This document shows, one piece after another, positions 18,382-27,278 of a stretch of DNA of 32,000 nt. The stretch is from Erysipelotrichaceae bacterium (GTDB lineage: Bacteria; Bacillota_I; Bacilli_A; Erysipelotrichales; Erysipelotrichaceae). Both the position numbers and the translations under genes were made by a program. Below the pieces are notes generated by a model. That model made no database searches. It was not told the origin of the DNA and saw nothing but the letters and a program-made list of their open reading frames with translations. Every line of letters starts with the position of its first letter. The first letter of the stretch is position 1. The stretch spans positions 38,194 through 70,193 of the forward strand of contig JAUVVC010000008.1 in the NCBI GenBank assembly GCA_030604855.1, given 5' to 3'.

Positions 18382-18932
18382 TGGAAAAGAAAATACAATT
18401 ACCACTGGATGAGGAAACCATTCTAAGTTTGCATGCAGGGGATACGGTATTATTATCAGGAACGTTGATTACAGGCAGAGATGCGGCGCATCTACGCTTG
18501 ATTCAAACACTTGAAAAGGGTGAGGACTTACCTATTGAACTCAAGGGTGAAGTCATCTATTATGTTGGACCTGCACCTGCAAGTCCTAATCATTTTGTTG
18601 GTTCTGCAGGACCGACATCCAGTTATCGCATGGATCCATTCACACCGACTTTGTTGGATGTTGGTCTAAAAGGTATTATCGGCAAAGGCGATCGTAGTCA
18701 ACGTGTCATCGATGCTTTAGTTCGCAATAAAGCAGTTTATTTTGCGGCAATCGGTGGTTTAGGAGCGTTGATTGCTCAAACCATTACTAAAAGTGAAGTC
18801 TTAGCGTATGCAGATTTAGGTACAGAGGCTATACATCGTTTCTGGATTGAAGATTTTCCTGTTGTCGTAGCCATTGATGCTTATGGAAACAACCTCTATC
18901 AGATCGAACAAGCCAAGTATCGTAAGGAGTAA
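18381..18932 (+). CDS. Fe-S type hydro-lyase beta subunit (class I fumarate hydratase / mesaconase type)
   Basis: 183 aa with GTLITGRDAAH...YYVGPAP...GPTSSYRMD...IGKG. TAATG overlap with the alpha subunit stop. Confidence 0.88.
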   Translation: MEKKIQLPLDEETILSLHAGDTVLLSGTLITGRDAAHLRLIQTLEKGEDLPIELKGEVIYYVGPAPASPNHFVGSAGPTSSYRMDPFTPTLLDVGLKGIIGKGDRSQRVIDALVRNKAVYFAAIGGLGALIAQTITKSEVLAYADLGTEAIHRFWIEDFPVVVAIDAYGNNLYQIEQAKYRKE

Positions 18933-18933
18933 A

Positions 18934-20094
18934 ATGTCAGATATCTATCAAAAAGCGCTTGAAGCGCATGCCTTATGGAAAGGTAAGTTACGTATCGAAG
19001 TCAATGCGCCAGTCAGTAATCGTGAAGAACTCAGCATCGCGTATACGCCAGGTGTCGCAGAGCCCTGTCGTGCGATTCATAAAGATCCGAGTAAAGTATA
19101 TGACTATACCTGGGTGGGCAATACGGTTGCGGTCATCACCGATGGGACTGCTGTTTTAGGTTTGGGCGATATTGGACCAAAGGCAAGTCTTCCCGTCATG
19201 GAAGGTAAATGTGCCCTGTTTAAGGCATTTGCTGGGATTGATGCGATCCCCATTGCATTGGATACAAAAGATCCCGATGAGCTCATCCAAATCATTAAAG
19301 CCTTAGCTCCGAGTTTTGGTGGTATCAATCTTGAAGATATTTCTGCACCCCGTTGTGTTCAGATTGAACGAGCGCTCAAAGATCAATTGGATATCCCTGT
19401 CTTTCATGATGACCAACATGGGACAGCCATTGTCGTATCAGCCGCATTGATCAATGCGTTGAAGTTGGTGAATAAAGAGATGTCTTCAATCAAACTTGTC
19501 GTGAGTGGAGCGGGAGCTGCAGGCAGTGCGATACTGTTCATGCTTAGAAATTTGGGTGTAAAAAATATCTTCGCATTTCGTAAAGAAGGCATTATCCTAA
19601 AGGATGATAAACATGACTTTTTAACGAAGGAACTGGCGGAATTCACCAATCCTGAACAAGCAGACATGAGCTTAGCGGAAGCTCTGGTTGGGGCAGATGT
19701 CTTTATCGGTGTTTCAGCACCACGTTTACTCAATTCAGATATGGTGAAGTCGATGAATAAAGATGCGATCATCTTTGCCTTGGCCAATCCTGAGCCTGAA
19801 ATTGATTATCATATCGCAAAAGAAGCGGGTGCCAGGGTTGTGGCAACAGGTCGCTCAGACTATCCCAATCAGATAAACAATGTGCTTGTTTTCCCAGGCA
19901 TCTTCAAAGGAGCCTTAGGTAGTCGAGCTAAACAAATAACTGAGGATATGAAAATCCGTGCAGCAGAAGCCATCGCTTCATTAGTCTCAGTCGAAGAATT
20001 ATCCGATGAATACATCATCCCTTCAGTATTCGATGCACGTGTAGCGGAGGCCGTATCGAAAGCGGTTGAAGAAGAGTCTCTGAAAGCGCTTTAA
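18934..20094 (+). CDS. NAD(P)-dependent malic enzyme (short form)
   Basis: 386 aa with LSIAYTPGVAEPC, VITDGTAVLGLGDIG, GINLEDISAP and the Rossmann motif VVSGAGAAG. RBS AAGGAG. The start is 1 nt after the beta subunit stop. Confidence 0.9.
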   Translation: MSDIYQKALEAHALWKGKLRIEVNAPVSNREELSIAYTPGVAEPCRAIHKDPSKVYDYTWVGNTVAVITDGTAVLGLGDIGPKASLPVMEGKCALFKAFAGIDAIPIALDTKDPDELIQIIKALAPSFGGINLEDISAPRCVQIERALKDQLDIPVFHDDQHGTAIVVSAALINALKLVNKEMSSIKLVVSGAGAAGSAILFMLRNLGVKNIFAFRKEGIILKDDKHDFLTKELAEFTNPEQADMSLAEALVGADVFIGVSAPRLLNSDMVKSMNKDAIIFALANPEPEIDYHIAKEAGARVVATGRSDYPNQINNVLVFPGIFKGALGSRAKQITEDMKIRAAEAIASLVSVEELSDEYIIPSVFDARVAEAVSKAVEEESLKAL

Positions 20095-20187
20095 TTTATT
20101 TACATAATAGTGTAGACTAGAACTATAGAACCACTTATCCATGCCAACCGAATGTATTCATATGTTTAAAAAGTAATGATGTACAAT

Positions 20188-20215
20188 AAGATGTCCTTTT
20201 AGGGCATCTTTTTTA
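20188..20215 (+). terminator. terminator-like hairpin immediately upstream of the glutamate mutase operon RBS
   Basis: AAGATGTCC-TTTTA-GGGCATCTT forms 9 bp including one G-U, followed by TTTT. The T-tract abuts the AAAGGAG RBS of the gene starting at 20226. Confidence 0.6.
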
Positions 20216-20225
20216 AAGGAGTCCA

Positions 20226-21146
20226 ATGTCACTTAATATCGATCAATTTCGTTATGCCACTTACTTTGCCCCGAGAGGTAAAAAACGCATGCAAAGCTTG
20301 GGTAACCAAGTCAGTCAACGTTATCTCTTACCAACCGATAAACTCATTGGTGTGATTGGGGATGCGGGGAGTGGGAAGTCCTTGTTTATCAAAGGGATGT
20401 TTCCAGGCTTGGAGTTGACCAATGATGATGATGGCATCAACACCCGTCCCTGTCCTTTGATGCGGGACTATGGACGCTCGCGATTTACCGCACATTCGTA
20501 TCACTTGGATGCACGCTTTGAATTGGCATTTCACCAAGTCTATGAATTGGTGGAAGCGATTCAAGCGGCGTTGAAAGACAACTCACGCATCATTGTCGAA
20601 CACTTCGATGCGCTGTACGACAATTTGCATCAAAACGCTAATCTCTTGATTGGTATTGGTGAGGAGATCATCATCGCACGTCCTACCTTGTTTGGACCAG
20701 AACCCGATGAGTTGAAGAATGTGGTTTTTCGAACCATTCAATATCGAAGAATGGCGCATACGGCGGAAGATTGTCTGGTCCATGTATTGGAAGAAGAATA
20801 CCACATCAAAATTGATGTCCACGGGGATGTCAAACACGGATTCATTCTTGGCTTCAATAAGAAGCCTCGTGTCTCGCTAAAACAACTCGAGAAGAAAGTG
20901 CGATCTTTGTTGGATCAACATCTACCGGTGACGTATCGGGACTTTGAACATATCCAGATCGGACCCAACATCACACAACACTGTACGGGTCCAAGAACAC
21001 ATGTTAAAAATACCGATCAAGTGGAGCATTTCAGAATTCTAGATCAATGGATCTATGATGAGAATCTTAAGGTCTATCAACTGATTGGTTTGGTTTCTAA
21101 AGAAGTTGTGCATGATATCCATAAAATCAATCAATATGCGGAATAA
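20226..21146 (+). CDS. uncharacterised P-loop NTPase-like protein
   Basis: 306 aa with a Walker A motif in LIGVIGDAGSGKSLF and a possible Walker B in RIIVEHFD. There is no ABC signature and I recognise no family. It is the first gene of the glm operon, with a strong RBS. Confidence 0.65.
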   Translation: MSLNIDQFRYATYFAPRGKKRMQSLGNQVSQRYLLPTDKLIGVIGDAGSGKSLFIKGMFPGLELTNDDDGINTRPCPLMRDYGRSRFTAHSYHLDARFELAFHQVYELVEAIQAALKDNSRIIVEHFDALYDNLHQNANLLIGIGEEIIIARPTLFGPEPDELKNVVFRTIQYRRMAHTAEDCLVHVLEEEYHIKIDVHGDVKHGFILGFNKKPRVSLKQLEKKVRSLLDQHLPVTYRDFEHIQIGPNITQHCTGPRTHVKNTDQVEHFRILDQWIYDENLKVYQLIGLVSKEVVHDIHKINQYAE

Positions 21147-21155
21147 GGAGCAAAT

Positions 21156-21563
21156 ATGGAAACAGTCGTAATCGGAGTCATTGGAGCGGATGTTCATGCG
21201 GTAGGCAATCGCATCATTGAATATGCTTTGAAGCAAGCGGGTTTCAATGTCGTCAATCTGGGGGTCATGGTCAGCCAGCAGGAATTTTTGGATGCGGTCA
21301 TAGAGACCAATGCCAAAGCGGTTATCGTCTCAAGCCTCTATGGCCATGGGGAACTGGATTGTCGTGGCATGGGAGATCGTTTCATTGAAGCGGGTTATGG
21401 TCATGTCTTGTTGTATATTGGGGGGAATCTTGTCATTGGCAAGACCGATTTCAGTGAAGTGGAAGTCAAGTTCAAAGCCATGGGTTTTCATCGAGTCTTC
21501 CCTCCGAACAGTGATATCAATGAAGGCATTGAACGTCTCAAAGAGGACTTATTGAAATCATGA
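21156..21563 (+). CDS. glmS: glutamate mutase (methylaspartate mutase) sigma/S subunit, B12-binding
   Basis: 135 aa. The cobalamin-binding DxHxxG motif is present ([12 protein letters not shown]), and size and sequence match clostridial MutS/GlmS. RBS AAGGAG. Confidence 0.92.
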   Translation: METVVIGVIGADVHAVGNRIIEYALKQAGFNVVNLGVMVSQQEFLDAVIETNAKAVIVSSLYGHGELDCRGMGDRFIEAGYGHVLLYIGGNLVIGKTDFSEVEVKFKAMGFHRVFPPNSDINEGIERLKEDLLKS

Positions 21564-22909
21564 AACGTTATTGCTTAATGGATGTGGGTTCAACCTTCAC
21601 CAAAGGATGCTGGGTGGATACCGATCATGTTGGTGTATTGGCTTGGGCAAGCGCCCCAACAACCGCATCCAGTGATATCAATGAAGGCATACAAAATGTC
21701 TTGAATAAATTAAAAACAATTTATCCGGATTTCAACTATGAAAGCATGCGCTTGTGCAGTTCCGCTAAAGGCGGCTTGCGCATGGTCGCAATTGGATTGG
21801 TTGAAGATCTGACCCTCAAGGCAGCACGCATGGCGTGTGCCAATGCGGGAGCGAAACTTGTGGGTGCTTACAGTCATAAAATCAATCTTCAAGAGTTGAA
21901 AGAAATTGAACATTTAAAGCCGGATATCATTCTCTTAAGTGGGGGCACCGATGGAGGCAATGAGGAAGTCGTACTCCATAACGCCAAACAACTTGCCAAA
22001 TTGAACACAGCTTTACCGATTCTTTATGCGGGGAATAAGAGTTGTCAGGATGAAATACAACAAATTTTAAATGAAGCCAAACATGATGTTCGCATCAGTG
22101 CGAACGTCATGCCTACTTATGGTGTCCTTAATGTCGAATCAGCACGAGATCAGATCCGTGCCTGTTTCCTTGAACAGATCATTGAAGCCAAAGGCTTAAG
22201 TGCTTTAAGCACAATTGTACAAGACATCATCATGCCGACTCCGGCCAGTGTCTTGGATGCCTTAAGTTTATTGGCGTATGGGACAAAAGATGAAAAGGGC
22301 TTAGGAGATCTGATGGCGGTGGATGTCGGTGGCGCAACCACGGATGTGTACTCACTAACGAGCAATCAAGCAGCACCTTCGGGTGTACAGATCAAAGGTT
22401 TGATCGAACCTTTGGCGAAACGTTCGGTTGAAGGTGATCTAGGATTGCGTATCTCTGCGAAACATGTCTTGGACTTGGATTCAGAACTTCATGAAAATGA
22501 GGACTTGTGTCGCTATGTCGATCGAATTACCCAGGAAATACATGGGACAAGCAATTCAAGTTTCGATATACGACTTGCCTCAAGCTGCGTCAAGATCGCA
22601 AGCCGTCGACATGCGGGTCGCTTGGAACAAATCTATACCCCGATGGGTTTGGAAACCATTCAATATGGGAAGGATTTAAGAACTGTGAAGACTTTGATCG
22701 GCATTGGGGGACCGATTGTCTATGCGGATGAGCCCAGTCTAATACTGAGTCAAGTCAAACAGACAGAAGCGGATATTTTATTGCCTCAGTCTTTGGAATT
22801 TATTTTGGATAAACAGTATGTCTTGAGTTGTTTGGGTTTGTTGGCAAAGACAGATCCAGAATGGACACTTAAAACAATGAAACATCATTTGGAGAAAATA
22901 AATGGCTAA
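21560..22909 (+). CDS. glmL: glutamate mutase accessory protein GlmL/MutL (ASKHA-type putative reactivase)
   Basis: 449 aa, positioned between the S and E subunits as in Clostridium. Motifs MDVGSTFTK and [10 protein letters not shown] resemble actin-like ATPase phosphate motifs. ATGA overlap. Confidence 0.85.
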   Translation: MKRYCLMDVGSTFTKGCWVDTDHVGVLAWASAPTTASSDINEGIQNVLNKLKTIYPDFNYESMRLCSSAKGGLRMVAIGLVEDLTLKAARMACANAGAKLVGAYSHKINLQELKEIEHLKPDIILLSGGTDGGNEEVVLHNAKQLAKLNTALPILYAGNKSCQDEIQQILNEAKHDVRISANVMPTYGVLNVESARDQIRACFLEQIIEAKGLSALSTIVQDIIMPTPASVLDALSLLAYGTKDEKGLGDLMAVDVGGATTDVYSLTSNQAAPSGVQIKGLIEPLAKRSVEGDLGLRISAKHVLDLDSELHENEDLCRYVDRITQEIHGTSNSSFDIRLASSCVKIASRRHAGRLEQIYTPMGLETIQYGKDLRTVKTLIGIGGPIVYADEPSLILSQVKQTEADILLPQSLEFILDKQYVLSCLGLLAKTDPEWTLKTMKHHLEKING

Positions 22910-24341
22910 AATTGCATTGGAAGTATTTCTGGCAGAACGCGCTGAGGTTTTGAAAGCCTGGCCGACAGGGAAAGATGTTCATCTCGAAGAAGCGATTGAA
23001 TATCAAAAGAGCATTCCGGATTCAAAGCGTTTCTCAAGTGTTCTTAAAAAAGCAGATCATGAACGTGAGACCTTGATTCAACCACGTGCAGGCGTAGCTT
23101 TACCTCAGGAACACCTCGCACTACTCAAACATCTACAAGATGAAGGAAAAGCGGATTTGTTGCCGACGACGATTGATAGCTATACGCGTCACAATCGTTA
23201 TGTGGAAGCTCAGGTGGGGATTGATGAAAGCATCAAAACCGGAAAATCTTTATTGAACGGGTTTCCAGCCGTCAATCATGGCGTTGCCTTATGTCGGTCT
23301 TTGAATGACGGACTGAAGGTTCCCCTTCAAGTACGACATGGGACACCCGATGCGCGCTTGTTGGCAGAGATCACATTGGCAGGCGGTTTCACTTCTTATG
23401 AAGGGGGCGGCATCTCCTATAACATACCTTACGGGAAGAACTATTCCTTAGAAAAAACGATACGCGATTGGCAATACGTGGATCGCTTGGTCGGTTACTA
23501 CGAGGAACAAGGCATTCGTATCAATCGTGAGCCTTTTGGACCTTTGACCGGAACCTTGGTTCCACCTTGCATCTCACACAGCGTTGCGATCTTGGAAGCT
23601 CTCTTAGCGGCTGAACAAGGTTGTAAGTGCATCACCGTCGGTTATGGACAATGTGGCAATCAGGCTCAAGACATTGCGGCGATCCGTTCACTTAAGCTTT
23701 TAACGAAAGAATATTTAGATCGCTTTGGGTACAACGATGTGCAAGTCACCACCGTCTTTCATCAATGGATGGGAGGCTTTCCACAGGATGAGGCTCAAGC
23801 CTATGGCGTCATTGCCTGGGGAGCCGCAACAGCGGTGCTAGCTGGGGCGACCAAAGTCATCGTCAAGTCACCGCATGAAGCTTTTGGGGTGCCGACCGCT
23901 GAGGCCAATGCGAATGGGCTAAAGACGACAAAACAGTTGACCCAAATGCTCAAGGACCAAAACAATGTCGACAGTCCTTTGATTCAAGAGGAAATGCGCT
24001 TGATCGGTGAAGAGACCCATTCCATATTGGAAGCTGTACTCAAGCTGGGTGAGAATGACTTTGCCTTGAGTGCGATCCGTGGCTTTGAGGCAGGCTTGAT
24101 AGATGTGCCCTTTGCGCCGGCGCAATGCAATGCGAATCAAGTATTGCCGGCCCGTGATCATCACGGTGCGGTCCGAATCTATGAGTTCGGTTATCTTCCA
24201 TTCAGTGAAGAACTTAAGAATGTTCATCGCGATAAACTGGATGAACGTGCGCAAGCAGAAGGTAGAGATGTGAGTTTTCAGATGGTGATCGATGATATTT
24301 ACGCTGTAAGCAAAGGACGCTTGGTAGGGAGACCGCGATAA
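22902..24341 (+). CDS. glmE: glutamate mutase (methylaspartate mutase) epsilon/E subunit
   Basis: 479 aa. Size, position and TIM-barrel-like sequence (IQPRAGV..., [21 protein letters not shown]) match GlmE/MutE. Confidence 0.9.
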   Translation: MAKIALEVFLAERAEVLKAWPTGKDVHLEEAIEYQKSIPDSKRFSSVLKKADHERETLIQPRAGVALPQEHLALLKHLQDEGKADLLPTTIDSYTRHNRYVEAQVGIDESIKTGKSLLNGFPAVNHGVALCRSLNDGLKVPLQVRHGTPDARLLAEITLAGGFTSYEGGGISYNIPYGKNYSLEKTIRDWQYVDRLVGYYEEQGIRINREPFGPLTGTLVPPCISHSVAILEALLAAEQGCKCITVGYGQCGNQAQDIAAIRSLKLLTKEYLDRFGYNDVQVTTVFHQWMGGFPQDEAQAYGVIAWGAATAVLAGATKVIVKSPHEAFGVPTAEANANGLKTTKQLTQMLKDQNNVDSPLIQEEMRLIGEETHSILEAVLKLGENDFALSAIRGFEAGLIDVPFAPAQCNANQVLPARDHHGAVRIYEFGYLPFSEELKNVHRDKLDERAQAEGRDVSFQMVIDDIYAVSKGRLVGRPR

Positions 24342-25597
24342 TGAAAATACTGGATGTCGTAACGAGTTGTGGAAAAACTGGATTTTTCTTTGATGATCAA
24401 AAGGCCATTAAGAAACATGCGAAAGCCGATGGAAATTTCTATGTGGGCGAACCTGTCACTGCAGGTTTCAATCATGTGCGGCAAGCGGGGGAATCCCTGT
24501 CCATCCAATTGATCTTGGAAGATGGGCAGATCGCCTTAGGCGATTGTGTGGCGGTTCAATACAGTGGTTGTGGGGGACGTGATCCTTTGTTTATCGCGAA
24601 GGATTTTGAACCGATCGTTCATGAGCGCATTAAAGATTTATTATTAAATGAAGAGTTGGACTCGTTTAAACGTTTGGCTGAGAAATACGATCATCTGCAT
24701 ATTGATGGCAAACGGATCCATACGGCATTACGTTATGGTTTAACGCAAGCTTTGTTGGATGCGGTCGCAAAAGCTCAGCATTTACAAATGGCTGAGGTTG
24801 TGGCGAAAGAATATGGAACGACCGTGAGTACAGAGATGATTCCTATTTTTAGTCAAAGTGGGGATGCCCGGTATGACAATGCGGATAAGATGATCTTGAA
24901 AGAGACATCGGTATTGCCACACGGCTTGTTCAATCATGTGGAAGATAAAGTCGGCTTCAAAGGGGAGAAACTCTTGGCTTATGTCCAATGGTTGCGAAAT
25001 CGCATCGATACCCATAAGCAGAATCCTGAGTATCAGCCTGCGATTCATTTAGATCTTTATGGAACGATGGGTTTGATTTTTGAAGAGGATTTTGAGGCGA
25101 TGGTGGAATATTTCAAAACCTTGCGTGAGGCAAGTGGCTCGTATCGTTTGCGTTTGGAAGGTCCTGTCGACTACGATGATCAAGAGAAGACCATGAATGG
25201 TTTGACCATTTTGACGCGATTGATTGATGAGGCTGATTTGGACATTCAAATCGTCGCGGATGAATGGTGCAACACCCTTGAAGACATCAAGCGCTTTGCG
25301 GATGAGAAAGCCGGACACATGATCCAAATCAAAACACCGGACTTAGGTGGGATTCAGAATGTCATCGAAGCGGTACTCTATTGCAAAGACAAGGGTGTTG
25401 GGGCATACCAAGGGGGCAGCTGTAATGAGTCCGATGTGAGTGCCAAGGCTTGTGTACACTGTGCGATGGCCACGCAACCTTGTCAGATTCTTGCGAAGCC
25501 AGGCATGGGTGTGGATGAAGGCTTCATGTTGGCGTTCAATGAGATGCAGCGGATCTTAGCGGTACAAGATGCCAAGCAAAGGAGACGACATGGATAA
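24341..25597 (+). CDS. mal: methylaspartate ammonia-lyase (3-methylaspartase)
   Basis: 418 aa enolase-superfamily protein. N-terminus MKILDVV...GFFFDDQ, plus IQIKTPDLGG and YQGGSCNES as in clostridial MAL. TAATG overlap with glmE. Confidence 0.9.
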   Translation: MKILDVVTSCGKTGFFFDDQKAIKKHAKADGNFYVGEPVTAGFNHVRQAGESLSIQLILEDGQIALGDCVAVQYSGCGGRDPLFIAKDFEPIVHERIKDLLLNEELDSFKRLAEKYDHLHIDGKRIHTALRYGLTQALLDAVAKAQHLQMAEVVAKEYGTTVSTEMIPIFSQSGDARYDNADKMILKETSVLPHGLFNHVEDKVGFKGEKLLAYVQWLRNRIDTHKQNPEYQPAIHLDLYGTMGLIFEEDFEAMVEYFKTLREASGSYRLRLEGPVDYDDQEKTMNGLTILTRLIDEADLDIQIVADEWCNTLEDIKRFADEKAGHMIQIKTPDLGGIQNVIEAVLYCKDKGVGAYQGGSCNESDVSAKACVHCAMATQPCQILAKPGMGVDEGFMLAFNEMQRILAVQDAKQRRRHG

Positions 25598-26939
25598 CAT
25601 CAAGGTCTTATCACCGACTGCGATTTTGGGTTATGGCTTTCCAATCAGTAGCTTTGAAGCGGGTATGGCAAAATTACCCGATTGCATCGCAGTGGATGCG
25701 GGTTCGACCGATCCAGGACCTTATTACTTGGGGGCTGGACTGTCATTTACCGACCGTTATGCGGTCAAACGCGATTTAAGCATAATGATTCAAGCGGGTA
25801 TAGAACATCATATTCCTGTCTTGATTGGAAGTGCGGGGGGCAGTGGGGCTCAACCTCATCTTAAGTGGAACCTTGAAATCATCGAAGAAATCATCCAGGA
25901 ACAACACCTCCACATTAAATTAGCAGTCATTTCAGCAGACGTTTCAAAAGAACGTGCCTTGTTTGCTTTAAGTAGAGGGGAACTCAAACCCCTTCATCCC
26001 GCACCCGAGGCAACGGAAGCTGATATTACAGAAGCCAGCCATATCGTAGGTCAGATGGGGGTCGAGCCTTTCATTGAAGCACTTAAGGAAGGTGCGGATG
26101 TGATTCTTGCAGGTCGTTCATATGATCCCAGCATGTTTGCGGCATTGGCGATTCATCGAGGCTTCGATCCAGGAATCGCTTTACACTGTGGAAAGATCCT
26201 GGAATGTGCCGCCATCGCGTCAACACCAGGCAGTGGAAGTGATTGCATGCTTGGGACCATCTATGCGGATCGCTTTGTTTTAGAGACATTGAATCCAGCC
26301 CGTCGCTGTACGACGTTAAGTGTCAGTGCTCATACCTTGTATGAGAAGACCAATCCATACATCCTGCCGGGACCAGGTGGAACCTTAGACCTACATCAAA
26401 CCCAGTTCACCCAACTCAACGACCAACAAGTCGAAGTCAAAGGGACGGTTTTTATGCCAAGTGATCCATATACTGTGAAATTGGAAGCTGCGAAGTGTGT
26501 GGGTTATCGTACGGTAAGCATCGCGGGTGTGCGCGATCCTTTCTTCATCCAAGCTTTGGATGAGATCTTGAACGGAGTCAAACAACGTGTGCATGATAAT
26601 TTCAAAGAACTGGATTATCACTTGAATTTCAAGATTTATGGTAAGAACGGTGTCATGGGGGAATTGGAGCCCATAAGCGAAATACACAGTCATGAATTGG
26701 GCATCGTCATCGATGCGGTTGCGAAGACACAAGACATCGCCAACACCGTCTGTAGTTTCGCCAGAAGCACGATGTTGCATTATGGTTATACCGGACGCAT
26801 TGCAACGGCAGGGAATCTCGCATTTCCATACTCACCAAGTGATGCCAAGATGGGTGAAGTCTATCAATTCTGTCTCTATCACATCATCGATGTGCAAGAT
26901 CCTTTGGAATTATTTCCCATTGAATGGAGGGTTTACTAA
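25590..26939 (+). CDS. AtuA-like (DUF1446) family protein, function unknown
   Basis: 449 aa. SPTAILGYGF...VDAGSTDPGPYYLG...LIGSAGGSG matches the AtuA/DUF1446 pattern as I remember it. The ATG at 25590 follows AAAGGAG and overlaps the mal stop by 8 nt. Confidence 0.75.
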   Translation: MDNIKVLSPTAILGYGFPISSFEAGMAKLPDCIAVDAGSTDPGPYYLGAGLSFTDRYAVKRDLSIMIQAGIEHHIPVLIGSAGGSGAQPHLKWNLEIIEEIIQEQHLHIKLAVISADVSKERALFALSRGELKPLHPAPEATEADITEASHIVGQMGVEPFIEALKEGADVILAGRSYDPSMFAALAIHRGFDPGIALHCGKILECAAIASTPGSGSDCMLGTIYADRFVLETLNPARRCTTLSVSAHTLYEKTNPYILPGPGGTLDLHQTQFTQLNDQQVEVKGTVFMPSDPYTVKLEAAKCVGYRTVSIAGVRDPFFIQALDEILNGVKQRVHDNFKELDYHLNFKIYGKNGVMGELEPISEIHSHELGIVIDAVAKTQDIANTVCSFARSTMLHYGYTGRIATAGNLAFPYSPSDAKMGEVYQFCLYHIIDVQDPLELFPIEWRVY

Positions 26940-27253
26940 TGGTCAAGTTATTGGATTTGGCGAAGGTCATTCGTTCCAAGAATTCTGGACCCTATGAACT
27001 CACTTTGGACATCATCCTTAAGGATGAAGAAAGCTATCGTCTACTCATTGAGAAACAATGCATTACAAAAGATGTGATCGCCAAGCTGTATCGCATTCCT
27101 GTAGAGGACGTGATCAATGTGATACATTTCGAACCGGCACATGCGATCAAAGCAACGATCGTACGTCCCATGTGCAGTGGAGATCTCAATGAGACGGATG
27201 TGTATGGGGCTCAACAACACGCTCCACTCTTGCAGTTGGAATTTGATCTCTAA
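26939..27253 (+). CDS. DUF4387 domain protein (partner of AtuA-like proteins)
   Basis: 104 aa. LAKVIRSKNSGPYELTLDIIL...DVYGAQQHAPLL fits the DUF4387 pattern. TAATG overlap with the AtuA-like gene, with GGAGGG as RBS. Confidence 0.72.
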   Translation: MVKLLDLAKVIRSKNSGPYELTLDIILKDEESYRLLIEKQCITKDVIAKLYRIPVEDVINVIHFEPAHAIKATIVRPMCSGDLNETDVYGAQQHAPLLQLEFDL

Positions 27254-27276
27254 GTAGACCGCAAGGTCTACTTTTT
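27254..27276 (+). terminator. rho-independent terminator of the glm operon
   Basis: GTAGACC-GCAA-GGTCTAC followed by TTTTT, directly after the TAA stop. Confidence 0.85.
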
Positions 27277-27278
27277 GC

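Noticed and set aside
20095-20225. Cobalamin riboswitch upstream of the B12-dependent glutamate mutase operon.
   Set aside because: The region is about 130 nt and AT-rich. It has no GC-rich B12-box-like core that I can see. Only a single terminal hairpin is evident.
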